Shown here in pieces: positions 18,023 through 25,614 of a stretch of 51,474 bases of DNA; positions within the stretch are counted from its first letter, which is position 1, and each line of letters begins with the position of its first letter. The stretch spans positions 1-51,474 of the IMG/VR virus record IMGVR_UViG_3300024344_000022. One strand, 5' to 3'. A program made the translations under genes and the position numbers. The stretch is from a virus. Taxonomy: Duplodnaviria; Caudoviricetes. The notes beneath the pieces are model-generated. The model searched no databases and was not told where the DNA came from. It saw only the letters and a list, made by a program, of their open reading frames with translations.

Positions 18023-19402
18023 TTATGCTGAAGCGTATCGTCCTTTGCGAACACCCCAACCTTGTTCCATCATATCAATAACTTCTTGTCCGGTTCCTTC
18101 GTAAGGTCTTTCTTCTTCTGGTTTATGCGGTTTATACACATGCATCATCGCATAACGTAATTCATCTGCTGCGTGGTCTTCTGCGTGAGTGTCTAAATCC
18201 TCTGGATTCTTAGAGCTTCTTGGCAAGGCCGGCATCGTCCTGACCAAAGCATCGTTCCATCCATTAAAGCAATAAAAGCGTTCTTTTATCAACGCATCGT
18301 TGACCACTCTCCATCCAGTAATACGGTCATTGTTCGCTCTTGTCAAGTACAATCCTCGCTCGGCAAACACATCCGCAGGCGAATGGTTGATCACTTCACT
18401 TAACCTTCTTTTAACAAACATACTTGGATCGCAATACGTTGCCTGTGGATAACGACCGCCCGTAAACGGACAACTTTCTATCATTTTTACTATATTATCG
18501 GCATGTTGCGAAGCCGTAGCGTTTGCTTGGTAATACTCACTAATGCGATAGATATTCCCATCATAGTCCACAGTGTATAGACCATAAGACGTTGGAGCAG
18601 CTTCGCCATAATCCATCCCTCCAAACAAAGGCCAATGGTCAGGTATCTCAAAACTGTTCACAAGTACTTGTTTTTCATGCCAGTTAGTAAAATACTGACC
18701 TACAAAACTATCCCAATCGCCCTCTAACCATGCTTTAACCAGTTGTTCATCGCCTACACCTTCTAACCGTTTAATATATCCAGGATCTCGATCCAGCAAT
18801 ATTTTGTTGTCTGTCACCAAACTGCGAATATACATACGGTTCATACCGTCATCGCCTTCAATAACAGAAGACTCTTCTCCGGCATCAATGTAATAATCTT
18901 TTACGTTGTTATGGTTTGGGCCACCGGGGTTGCCCGATGCACGTATACGTTTTGTCGGAACCTCCGCAGCACCTGTACGTAAACAAGCCTTTAGCTTATG
19001 ATACGCTTTCATGTCGTTCCAGCTTGTAAGCTCATCCCATCCAATCCAAGTATACTGCTGACCTTGAAAATGGTCTGCATCCGCTTCGTTTTCTAAGTGT
19101 CGGAGCTTTAAATTGGAGCCATTTTTAAATATCCACTGGTGTGTACCCACCTTATATTCCGCATCAGGGTATGCAGCACGAAAAATCTGGCGAGAACGGT
19201 CAATAATCTCGTCCAACTCAGGGTAAGTGCGCCTAATCAGCACCCCTTTCCAATGTTCACCGTAGGTATCTACGTCCGAAAGGAAGTCTCCAAGCAAAAA
19301 TTCTGACTTTCCACCACCACGCGCACCGCCAAAAAACAATTCATCAACAAAAGATGCTCGAATTGCTTTTTCTTGCGGTCCAGGTTGCGGCATCCAAGTC
19401 AT
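18023..19402 (-). CDS. terL: Terminase large subunit
   Basis: Walker A GGARGGGKS, Walker B WIGWDE, SGNPGG coupling motif, nuclease GMDYG and DHAADELRY. Confidence 0.95.
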   Translation of the reverse strand: MTWMPQPGPQEKAIRASFVDELFFGGARGGGKSEFLLGDFLSDVDTYGEHWKGVLIRRTYPELDEIIDRSRQIFRAAYPDAEYKVGTHQWIFKNGSNLKLRHLENEADADHFQGQQYTWIGWDELTSWNDMKAYHKLKACLRTGAAEVPTKRIRASGNPGGPNHNNVKDYYIDAGEESSVIEGDDGMNRMYIRSLVTDNKILLDRDPGYIKRLEGVGDEQLVKAWLEGDWDSFVGQYFTNWHEKQVLVNSFEIPDHWPLFGGMDYGEAAPTSYGLYTVDYDGNIYRISEYYQANATASQHADNIVKMIESCPFTGGRYPQATYCDPSMFVKRRLSEVINHSPADVFAERGLYLTRANNDRITGWRVVNDALIKERFYCFNGWNDALVRTMPALPRSSKNPEDLDTHAEDHAADELRYAMMHVYKPHKPEEERPYEGTGQEVIDMMEQGWGVRKGRYASA

Positions 19403-19557
19403 TTGGCTTTAACCTTGATCTTTTTAGGTTTTGCAACCGGAACACTACGCCAATCTTTGTTTTCTCGGTGCAAACTACCCCAATTATGCACAATTTTAGC
19501 TACTCTACTGTCTGTAGGGTATATTTTGGGTTGATATGCTTGTTCTTCAAGTTTCAT
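19399..19557 (-). CDS. Small hypothetical protein (52 aa, MKLEEQAYQPKIYP...)
   Basis: Read by hand; overlaps terS end, ATGA overlap with terL start. Confidence 0.55.
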   Translation of the reverse strand: MKLEEQAYQPKIYPTDSRVAKIVHNWGSLHRENKDWRSVPVAKPKKIKVKAK

Positions 19558-20014
19558 CAGAAGTTTCCACTGTGTATGTTGTTTCTACCGCTTGATCCAT
19601 CTTGTTATTCTGTTTTAACCACTCATCGTAACTTTCAGCCCTTGGAGGCACATTCAATCCCTTAACCTCAACGGTATGCTCAACCTGTATGCGGTGATCA
19701 CCTACTTCTTCACGTAACTCCTTTAAAACCTTTAACTTAAGTGCTACTCGCCTGTCTTCAATCTTATGATACAACTCCTCTAAAGCTAACACCCTGTTTT
19801 TACGCCAAGCTAAAGGCACATCGTCAAAATTAGACCGATCCCGTTCAATCTCTTTCTTTAACGCTTTGTCAAATTCTGCATTCTTACGCCAGCGATAAAT
19901 CGTACCCCGATCCACTTCAAGCGTTTTAGCCACCTTGTCGTTTGCCCTGGAAGGATTCCACCTATCCAACACAATCAACTGCACTGCCTGTTGCTGTAAA
20001 TCACTTAATGCCAT
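19547..20014 (-). CDS. terS: Terminase small subunit (N-terminal HTH)
   Basis: VAKTLEVDRGTIYRWRK HTH, helical body, upstream of terL; TGATG coupling at 20014 suggests the MALSD start. Confidence 0.7.
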   Translation of the reverse strand: MALSDLQQQAVQLIVLDRWNPSRANDKVAKTLEVDRGTIYRWRKNAEFDKALKKEIERDRSNFDDVPLAWRKNRVLALEELYHKIEDRRVALKLKVLKELREEVGDHRIQVEHTVEVKGLNVPPRAESYDEWLKQNNKMDQAVETTYTVETSDET

Positions 20015-20439
20015 CAGTAACTCCATAACGCAGGGCGAGGAACATGAAAATTATCGTCCACACCTACCGTATCCAAATGTAAAAACCGCCTCGATCCACT
20101 TTGCTGCACCCCAATACCCGTAAAACCTAACTTTATAGCAGCAAAAAGCACCTGATAGGCAAACCCACGCTCACATGCTACATCTACCGCCTTACCCGTA
20201 GTATGCGACCCGGCAGGCTTATCATCCGCTATCTTAGCCGCTTCAATCGAATGATCCATAGACCTATAACCCGAAGTAATCGTCAACGGTTTACCTACCG
20301 CCTCACGTAACTTTTGTAACTTATCCATAAACTCATCGTCCAACCGACACATACCCGTTTGGGAACAACGCATCTCTGCATGGGAAAAGTTAGGCCAGCG
20401 ATCTTCCGGCCACTCACTTTCTTTGTATTCTCTTATCAT
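20014..20439 (-). CDS. Peptidase M15 family Zn peptidase (probable endolysin)
   Basis: NFS..E..C, ITSGYR, SH..GKAVD, FLHLD motifs. Confidence 0.9.
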   Translation of the reverse strand: MIREYKESEWPEDRWPNFSHAEMRCSQTGMCRLDDEFMDKLQKLREAVGKPLTITSGYRSMDHSIEAAKIADDKPAGSHTTGKAVDVACERGFAYQVLFAAIKLGFTGIGVQQSGSRRFLHLDTVGVDDNFHVPRPALWSY

Positions 20440-20446
20440 AACCGTA

Positions 20447-20474
20447 AATGTATTAAAAACAAAAATCTACGCAA
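20447..20474 (-). promoter_or_regulatory. Candidate sigma70 promoter for the late operon (leaderless mRNA)
   Basis: TTGCGT-16 nt-TACATT ending 7 nt upstream of the ATG at 20439; no SD present. Confidence 0.5.
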
Positions 20475-20525
20475 GATAAAAAAAATAACACAGCAAAAAC
20501 GTGGGATTCACAAAAATAAAACTCG

Positions 20526-20554
20526 TTGACAAATAAAAACCCACCCCCTATCTT
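20526..20554 (+). promoter_or_regulatory. Near-consensus sigma70 promoter pointing into non-coding DNA
   Basis: TTGACA-17 nt-TATCTT with A-rich UP-like sequence upstream. Confidence 0.7.
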
Positions 20555-20559
20555 CCAAC

Positions 20560-20880
20560 ACACTTCGGATCAGTAGAGGACGAGTGTAGCATCGCTACCC
20601 CACTGGCTCTACAGACCGTGATACAGTCGCTACCAGGGGGTGGGTCAACAGCGACAAACCTTGGGTGAAAGCAGGGAGAGGTGACCTACGGTTCGGTGTA
20701 GAATCGACAAGTAGCCTGCAAACCGAAATGACACACCGCTCTTTCGGCAGCTATACGAGGAACTCAACGTGACGGTCAAAGTCATCTCGAGGGAAAAAGC
20801 GTAAGACAGGAGAGAGGCTAACAACCTCCTCCGTCTACAGCTAACACACATAAACCACAGGCAAAACTACCTGGGGTAAG
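20560..20880 (+). ncRNA. Candidate large structured non-coding RNA (3' end uncertain)
   Basis: Upstream promoter, no credible ORF, GC-richer than flanks, several nested stems visible by eye. Confidence 0.5.
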
Positions 20881-21383
20881 ACACCGGTGTAACTTCCAAA
20901 GAATCTAACGTTCAAGTCAAATAGCCAAACAGTAGTACAACATTCCGCAAAATGATCAGAAACAGGGGCACGTATGGCTGAGTATATACGGGTTCGTTTT
21001 CTTTTTAGGGGCCGGCATGGTGCTTCGCAAATCGTCGAGGGCAATCCAGGAAAAGCAGCAATCTAGAATTTATTTTTATTTTTATTTTTACAAAAAAAAG
21101 GTTTCATAGTTTTAGTTATAAACCAAAAGCAAAAACCAAAAGATATTTTTTTGCTTATTAATGACCAAGGTAATTGACAATATGTGTGCGATAGATTTCT
21201 AAGCATAATATGATATTGGGAAAATCGATTGTATTGTGTTGTGCGTTCCTGATTCCACATAGCACAAAAAAGAAACAACACACCAACACCAACACCAACA
21301 CAACACCTGACGTTTATCCGAATAGTTGCACAGTCTCATATCAACTATGACCTCTTAGGTGTCTTAACTTGCCAATTAGGCAC

Positions 21384-21425
21384 AAAAAAACACCTTAGAA
21401 ACTGTCCAAGCTTTCCAAGGTGTTT
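21384..21425 (-). terminator. Probable intrinsic terminator of the leftward early genes
   Basis: Inverted repeat aaacacctt...aaggtgttt followed by a T-run on the minus strand. Confidence 0.55.
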
Positions 21426-21515
21426 AACTGTCTAAACTGTGTTGTAGTAGTCGCTAGTCTCTTATAAGATACATGACACTACAAGCAACAAATAAGAGCG
21501 TTATAAAGTCATCCA

Positions 21516-22313
21516 TTATTGACCTAGTCTTTCCATAGTTTCACAATCCCATACGCCTTGCATTGAAAACGTTACATGATAATTAGGAAACGCTAGACCA
21601 TCATCATATCTATCATTGCTCATCATGGCTAATGCATACCATGGCATCTTTGAGTAGTCGTAGAATTGAATATTTGGATGTCTTTCAAATAGTGTCTTTG
21701 TATCTATTCGCATTTTATCCCATCTAACGTCTGATAGACCATTTAGACGTGCATACGCTTGGATATGTCTATTCTCTTTTATTGATCGTTTACTAGCTCT
21801 CTTGGTCAAGTTTGCTAGCTCTCTGTCAATTTGTAATAAGAATAATTCTTTGTATTTCAACATAAACTTTGTACGATTAAATCTGGCCAATTGTGACTGA
21901 CTAAAAACATTCATTCCAGTTTTTGACAAACAACTTTTATGGCATGGCGCGCTAGCATCATACTTACCTTTAACGGACAGTCCGACAATCACGTTATCTT
22001 CTCTGTATGTTCCATCTGGCAAATAGCAATCATTGCTCCGTAGGTCAGTTTTAACACCATTAATTATTTCTTTACCCCACATACGGGAACCTACAAACGT
22101 ATCAGGTTCACCATTAAAAATAACAGCAACATTAATTCCAGACTTTAACATTTGAATAGCTTCTGTTTTGTTGCAAACTTGGTCCGCTTTACAACATAAA
22201 TTTTTTAGTCCAGATTCATCATACGGAGCTAGTTGAAGTATCACAGATTCAGCGATCTCACTATCTTTATTAAGCTTGTTATTTCCCGACATTTTAGTAA
22301 GTAAATTTTTCAT
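21516..22313 (-). CDS. gp88-like phage protein (Cys-containing, radical-SAM-like family), apparently internally rearranged
   Basis: LAP..ESG.NLC, C...CL, RLNGLSD, QFYDYSK, NYHVTFS, G.NVAV.F, DLR, IVGL..KG motifs, as recalled for this family. Confidence 0.7.
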   Translation of the reverse strand: MKNLLTKMSGNNKLNKDSEIAESVILQLAPYDESGLKNLCCKADQVCNKTEAIQMLKSGINVAVIFNGEPDTFVGSRMWGKEIINGVKTDLRSNDCYLPDGTYREDNVIVGLSVKGKYDASAPCHKSCLSKTGMNVFSQSQLARFNRTKFMLKYKELFLLQIDRELANLTKRASKRSIKENRHIQAYARLNGLSDVRWDKMRIDTKTLFERHPNIQFYDYSKMPWYALAMMSNDRYDDGLAFPNYHVTFSMQGVWDCETMERLGQ

Positions 22314-22451
22314 TTATGCCACCACCATTCCAACATGCCTATGCAACATATTTAGTTTGTATTTTCTTTCCATATCTTCAACAAATTTTTTCTTTTCTTC
22401 TTCTTTTTTAATCTGTTCAATTTTTCTTTTTAAAACGTTTTTGCGATTCAT
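22314..22451 (-). CDS. Small Lys-rich hypothetical protein (45 aa, MNRKNVLKRK...)
   Basis: Read by hand; TAGGAG SD; stop abuts the ATG of the next gene. Confidence 0.65.
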   Translation of the reverse strand: MNRKNVLKRKIEQIKKEEEKKKFVEDMERKYKLNMLHRHVGMVVA

Positions 22452-22530
22452 TTTTTACGCTCCTATGAAGTAATAAATTGTGAGAGAAACTACGCTAATA
22501 ATGATCATCAAATAATCGGCTAAATTATTT

Positions 22531-22881
22531 TTATCCATGGTAAGTAATTGTTCCATTATTTAACCTTTTATAAACTGGTTTTAGGTTCCATCGTTTGGCA
22601 AATTCTTTGACGTTTTTGGCTTGTACTGAGTTCCACATAAGTAAAATGTAATCATCGTTTAGGTTAGGATTTTTATAAAATTCGTTCAACAAATAATCGA
22701 CTACAGATTCAACATTGTCTAAGTCTAAATAGTCAATGTCTAATGATGAATGTTCAAATGTACAATAGTCAGCGTAAAAACTTATATCATCATATTCTAC
22801 TTCATCCAAACTCAACTCTGTATATACATCTGGCGCGTTATTTTTCGCATCATCAATCAGTTCTTTAAATAATGTTGTCAT
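22531..22881 (-). CDS. Acidic hypothetical protein
   Basis: AGGAGG SD; Asp/Glu-rich N-terminal two-thirds. Confidence 0.75.
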   Translation of the reverse strand: MTTLFKELIDDAKNNAPDVYTELSLDEVEYDDISFYADYCTFEHSSLDIDYLDLDNVESVVDYLLNEFYKNPNLNDDYILLMWNSVQAKNVKEFAKRWNLKPVYKRLNNGTITYHG

Positions 22882-23078
22882 GTTACTTGCCTCCTAGATA
22901 ATGAATGAATAAAAATAGTATGTATATAATATAGTCATGTTAGAATATCTAACAAGTATAATCTTATCGTTTAAATTCCTATCAATTTATTTATGAAAAA
23001 ATTTTTTATGCTACAAGCTGCCGAATTTTTATTCAGCTGTCCACCTAGTTTCAATCTATATACATAGCACGAAACCAT

Positions 23079-23218
23079 TTTGATTATTCGTTTTGATTGC
23101 AATTTGATTAACCGATTTGATTATCGATTTGATTGGTGATTTTGATTGCAATTTGATTGCGAAATTATGGCCTTGATAAACATGTTCGATTTCCGTATCT
23201 TTACGGAGTAATTTGATT
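23079..23218. repeat. Phased TTTGATT heptamer array (7 copies at 11-13 nt spacing plus one at 23212)
   Basis: Copies start at 23079, 23092, 23103, 23116, 23128, 23141, 23152, 23212, in the divergent intergenic region. Confidence 0.85.
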
Positions 23219-23256
23219 AGAGTTACACACAACCATTTAACCAGATTCGAGGGCAT

Positions 23257-23463
23257 ATGAAGACCACATTAAAGATGATGAAGTTGATGATCAAGTTAGC
23301 AAAACTAATCTCAGGAGATCGTATAGATCAGGTGGTACTATTCGATGAGGTGCAACCATTAGCGTACGACATCCTACACGATATGGCAGGGACTGACAGT
23401 AGCCGACATCAGTTACTTGCAAAAGAATTGCCTTGGGTATTCAAACTTACCAAGGCACAGTAA
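23257..23463 (+). CDS. Hypothetical protein
   Basis: First ORF of the rightward operon, abuts next gene; true start uncertain. Confidence 0.5.
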   Translation: MKTTLKMMKLMIKLAKLISGDRIDQVVLFDEVQPLAYDILHDMAGTDSSRHQLLAKELPWVFKLTKAQ

Positions 23464-23748
23464 ATGAATTACAAAATTAAAATAGTAGTGGATGAAATGT
23501 GTGAGGTCGGGACTACCGCAAGGAAGGTCACATACGATACAGTTGTAACTTTGAAAAAACAGGATGGATTAGATCGCCAGATATACACCATCGAAACCGA
23601 ATCGTCTGACGGTCTGGGGCATGTGGGTGAAATTGTCTATAGAGGTTTTTCAAAACCTAATTCAGTATCGATAGAAAATCTTGCACAATTATATATTGAA
23701 AACAATTTGGTCGAAAATAGTTTCGACAATTTTCTCTACAACCATTAG
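23464..23748 (+). CDS. Hypothetical protein
   Basis: Coupled ORF in early operon. Confidence 0.65.
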   Translation: MNYKIKIVVDEMCEVGTTARKVTYDTVVTLKKQDGLDRQIYTIETESSDGLGHVGEIVYRGFSKPNSVSIENLAQLYIENNLVENSFDNFLYNH

Positions 23749-23766
23749 TCACATAGGAGACATAAA

Positions 23767-24252
23767 ATGGATAAGAAAACGATAGATAAAATGGCAGTTG
23801 AGATTGAGAAAACCATCAAGGATGTATTGGAAGAAAAGTTCGGTGTGCAGGTCGATCAATTGCGTTGCAGACATTCCGAATCCCATGCCAAATGGTCTTT
23901 TGAAACCACCGTAACAAATGGCGATCAACTACCACACGAATTGCATCCAGACTTCATCAATTTGAAGTATTACAATTGGCAATGGGCAGGTGCAAAATTC
24001 ACCTTAAAAAATCTTGATTATGAGATCGTTGGCTATCGCACTCGCAATCGCAAAAAACCAATCTTGATGAAGGCCAATGGCGGTGACTATAAAAGTAGCC
24101 CACATGGCGTAGAGGCCATACTGAAGCAAGCACAGAATGTCCAGTTGATAGACGAGGAAACAGCACGTAGTTGGGGTGATTTTGATCAGATGGAAAGACT
24201 TCGTGAACAGGGAAAATCAGAGAGGGAATTTGAAGCAACATTTAACTACTAA
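23767..24252 (+). CDS. Hypothetical phage protein
   Basis: TAGGAG SD; Y.IVGY..R.RK.PI motif seen in small phage early proteins. Confidence 0.75.
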   Translation: MDKKTIDKMAVEIEKTIKDVLEEKFGVQVDQLRCRHSESHAKWSFETTVTNGDQLPHELHPDFINLKYYNWQWAGAKFTLKNLDYEIVGYRTRNRKKPILMKANGGDYKSSPHGVEAILKQAQNVQLIDEETARSWGDFDQMERLREQGKSEREFEATFNY

Positions 24253-24280
24253 TCATCCATCAATCTATAGGAGATTAAAA

Positions 24281-24448
24281 ATGGTAGACAAGAAATTCGC
24301 AGACGCATTTAAAGCAAAATTGCAACAGGAAACAGGTGCAAGTCAGGAGTGGATGGACAAACATTTGATCGTGGATTTTGGCTCGCTAACTGACGATGAG
24401 TCAGACGATCAGGATGAGACTAAAACCGAAACAGATACATCTAAATAG
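24281..24448 (+). CDS. Small protein with acidic tail (55 aa; start reassigned to MVDKK)
   Basis: TAGGAG SD before ATG 24281. Confidence 0.7.
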   Translation: MVDKKFADAFKAKLQQETGASQEWMDKHLIVDFGSLTDDESDDQDETKTETDTSK

Positions 24449-24458
24449 GAACCCTACC

Positions 24459-24496
24459 TACCATCTCATGTCTACGGACATGGGGTGGTATTTTTT
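24459..24496 (+). terminator. Intrinsic terminator
   Basis: 14-bp stem taccatctcatgtc/gacatggggtggta, cUACGg tetraloop, T6 tail. Confidence 0.85.
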
Positions 24497-24510
24497 ATTG
24501 GAGAAAACAA

Positions 24511-24834
24511 ATGGCAAATGTTGACATGCATCACAGGCTATATAGATACATGAAAGAGCAAAAAATTGATAAAACGAATTGGTGGTATTCTGGCGGGAAT
24601 TTGCAAGATATAAATCTCTGTGTTATGGACGGGAAGGACATCACAGACGAGTATAATTACGATAATGATTTTTATCTTGATCCGATTGTAGACATGATAC
24701 AACAGATGTTCTTGGAGAAATACAGAGGCACCGACAACAGGGGTGAGATTAGTGTTAGTGTGTATCGGGATATAGCAAGCGATGCTTTAGGTAAAAACGC
24801 AATCATAGTTTCTATAACAAGGGTAATGGAATAA
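24511..24834 (+). CDS. Hypothetical protein
   Basis: GGAG SD, coupled to next ORF. Confidence 0.75.
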   Translation: MANVDMHHRLYRYMKEQKIDKTNWWYSGGNLQDINLCVMDGKDITDEYNYDNDFYLDPIVDMIQQMFLEKYRGTDNRGEISVSVYRDIASDALGKNAIIVSITRVME

Positions 24835-25032
24835 ATGCCGAAATCAATTACGATTAAAATCAAAAAGGATACCCCAGAGAGTACGATAGAGTATTTGACT
24901 GAGCTTAAAAAATTGATAGAAGGTGATAAAACCGATCCGATTGCATTAGCTCGCTGTGGAGCGTTAGACCATAATGAAATCTGGTATTCATTAAAGGAAT
25001 ATTACGGAACGTCTGAATTTAACTACGGATAG
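24835..25032 (+). CDS. Hypothetical protein
   Basis: Abutting ORF in operon. Confidence 0.65.
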   Translation: MPKSITIKIKKDTPESTIEYLTELKKLIEGDKTDPIALARCGALDHNEIWYSLKEYYGTSEFNYG

Positions 25033-25043
25033 GAGATATAAAA

Positions 25044-25337
25044 ATGAATCAGCTTAGAAGAGATTACGCAAATGTCGGTTTAATTCAGAATAAGCATTTT
25101 TTTAACAGTGCTACTCCAGATTGGAAGATTGAGATGGAGTTAAAAAATGACACGGATGAGTATCTACTATCATTCGCCAGAAGCCTTCGATTTGAAACAT
25201 TCCATGAGGCATCCAACAGTAGCTATGCTCTTGATCTTGGCCTACCTAAAGGTAACAAAAACAGACAGTGGGCTGAAGAGGCGAGACAAGAGTTGGATGA
25301 TTTTATTGAAAAATATGGAGAGAAAAAAAATGATTAG
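25044..25337 (+). CDS. Hypothetical protein
   Basis: TAGGAG SD. Confidence 0.7.
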   Translation: MNQLRRDYANVGLIQNKHFFNSATPDWKIEMELKNDTDEYLLSFARSLRFETFHEASNSSYALDLGLPKGNKNRQWAEEARQELDDFIEKYGEKKND

Positions 25338-25614
25338 GATGACTAAAAAACGCAGACTTTTAGCCCAACATTGTCTTGATCTCCAGAGTCGCAAAAGCCA
25401 TCCAGACGGACGCTGTGACAATGGTGGTCGTTGGTATCCTGATAGCCAATTTGATTGCTGCATAGGCATCCGTGAACCATCCAGAGCCTACCCATGGAGT
25501 ATGATGGCTCATTGTCGAACCGTAGACCATGTAGCACACCAACACAAGATTGAACCGCAGATTTTACGCAAGTTAGTCAATAGACTAAAAAAGGAGATCG
25601 CTTTTAATGAGTAA
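25330..25614 (+). CDS. Cys/His-rich (likely Zn-binding) phage protein, start reassigned to MIRMTKK
   Basis: HPDG..D.GGRWYP...CC..IR.PSRAYP.S...HCRT..H motif; GGAG SD; overlaps with both neighbours. Confidence 0.7.
   Translation: MIRMTKKRRLLAQHCLDLQSRKSHPDGRCDNGGRWYPDSQFDCCIGIREPSRAYPWSMMAHCRTVDHVAHQHKIEPQILRKLVNRLKKEIAFNE

Noticed and set aside
20560-20880. tRNA, tmRNA or group I/II intron identity for the structured region
   Set aside because: No T-loop/CCA cloverleaf, tag ORF, or recognisable catalytic core motif seen, and it does not interrupt a gene.
21174-21210. TTGACA as a second promoter
   Set aside because: No acceptable -10 hexamer at 16-18 nt spacing.
20645-21281. Short minus-strand ORFs (68, 67, 72 aa)
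   Set aside because: No SD and non-protein-like composition; the region is better explained as non-coding.
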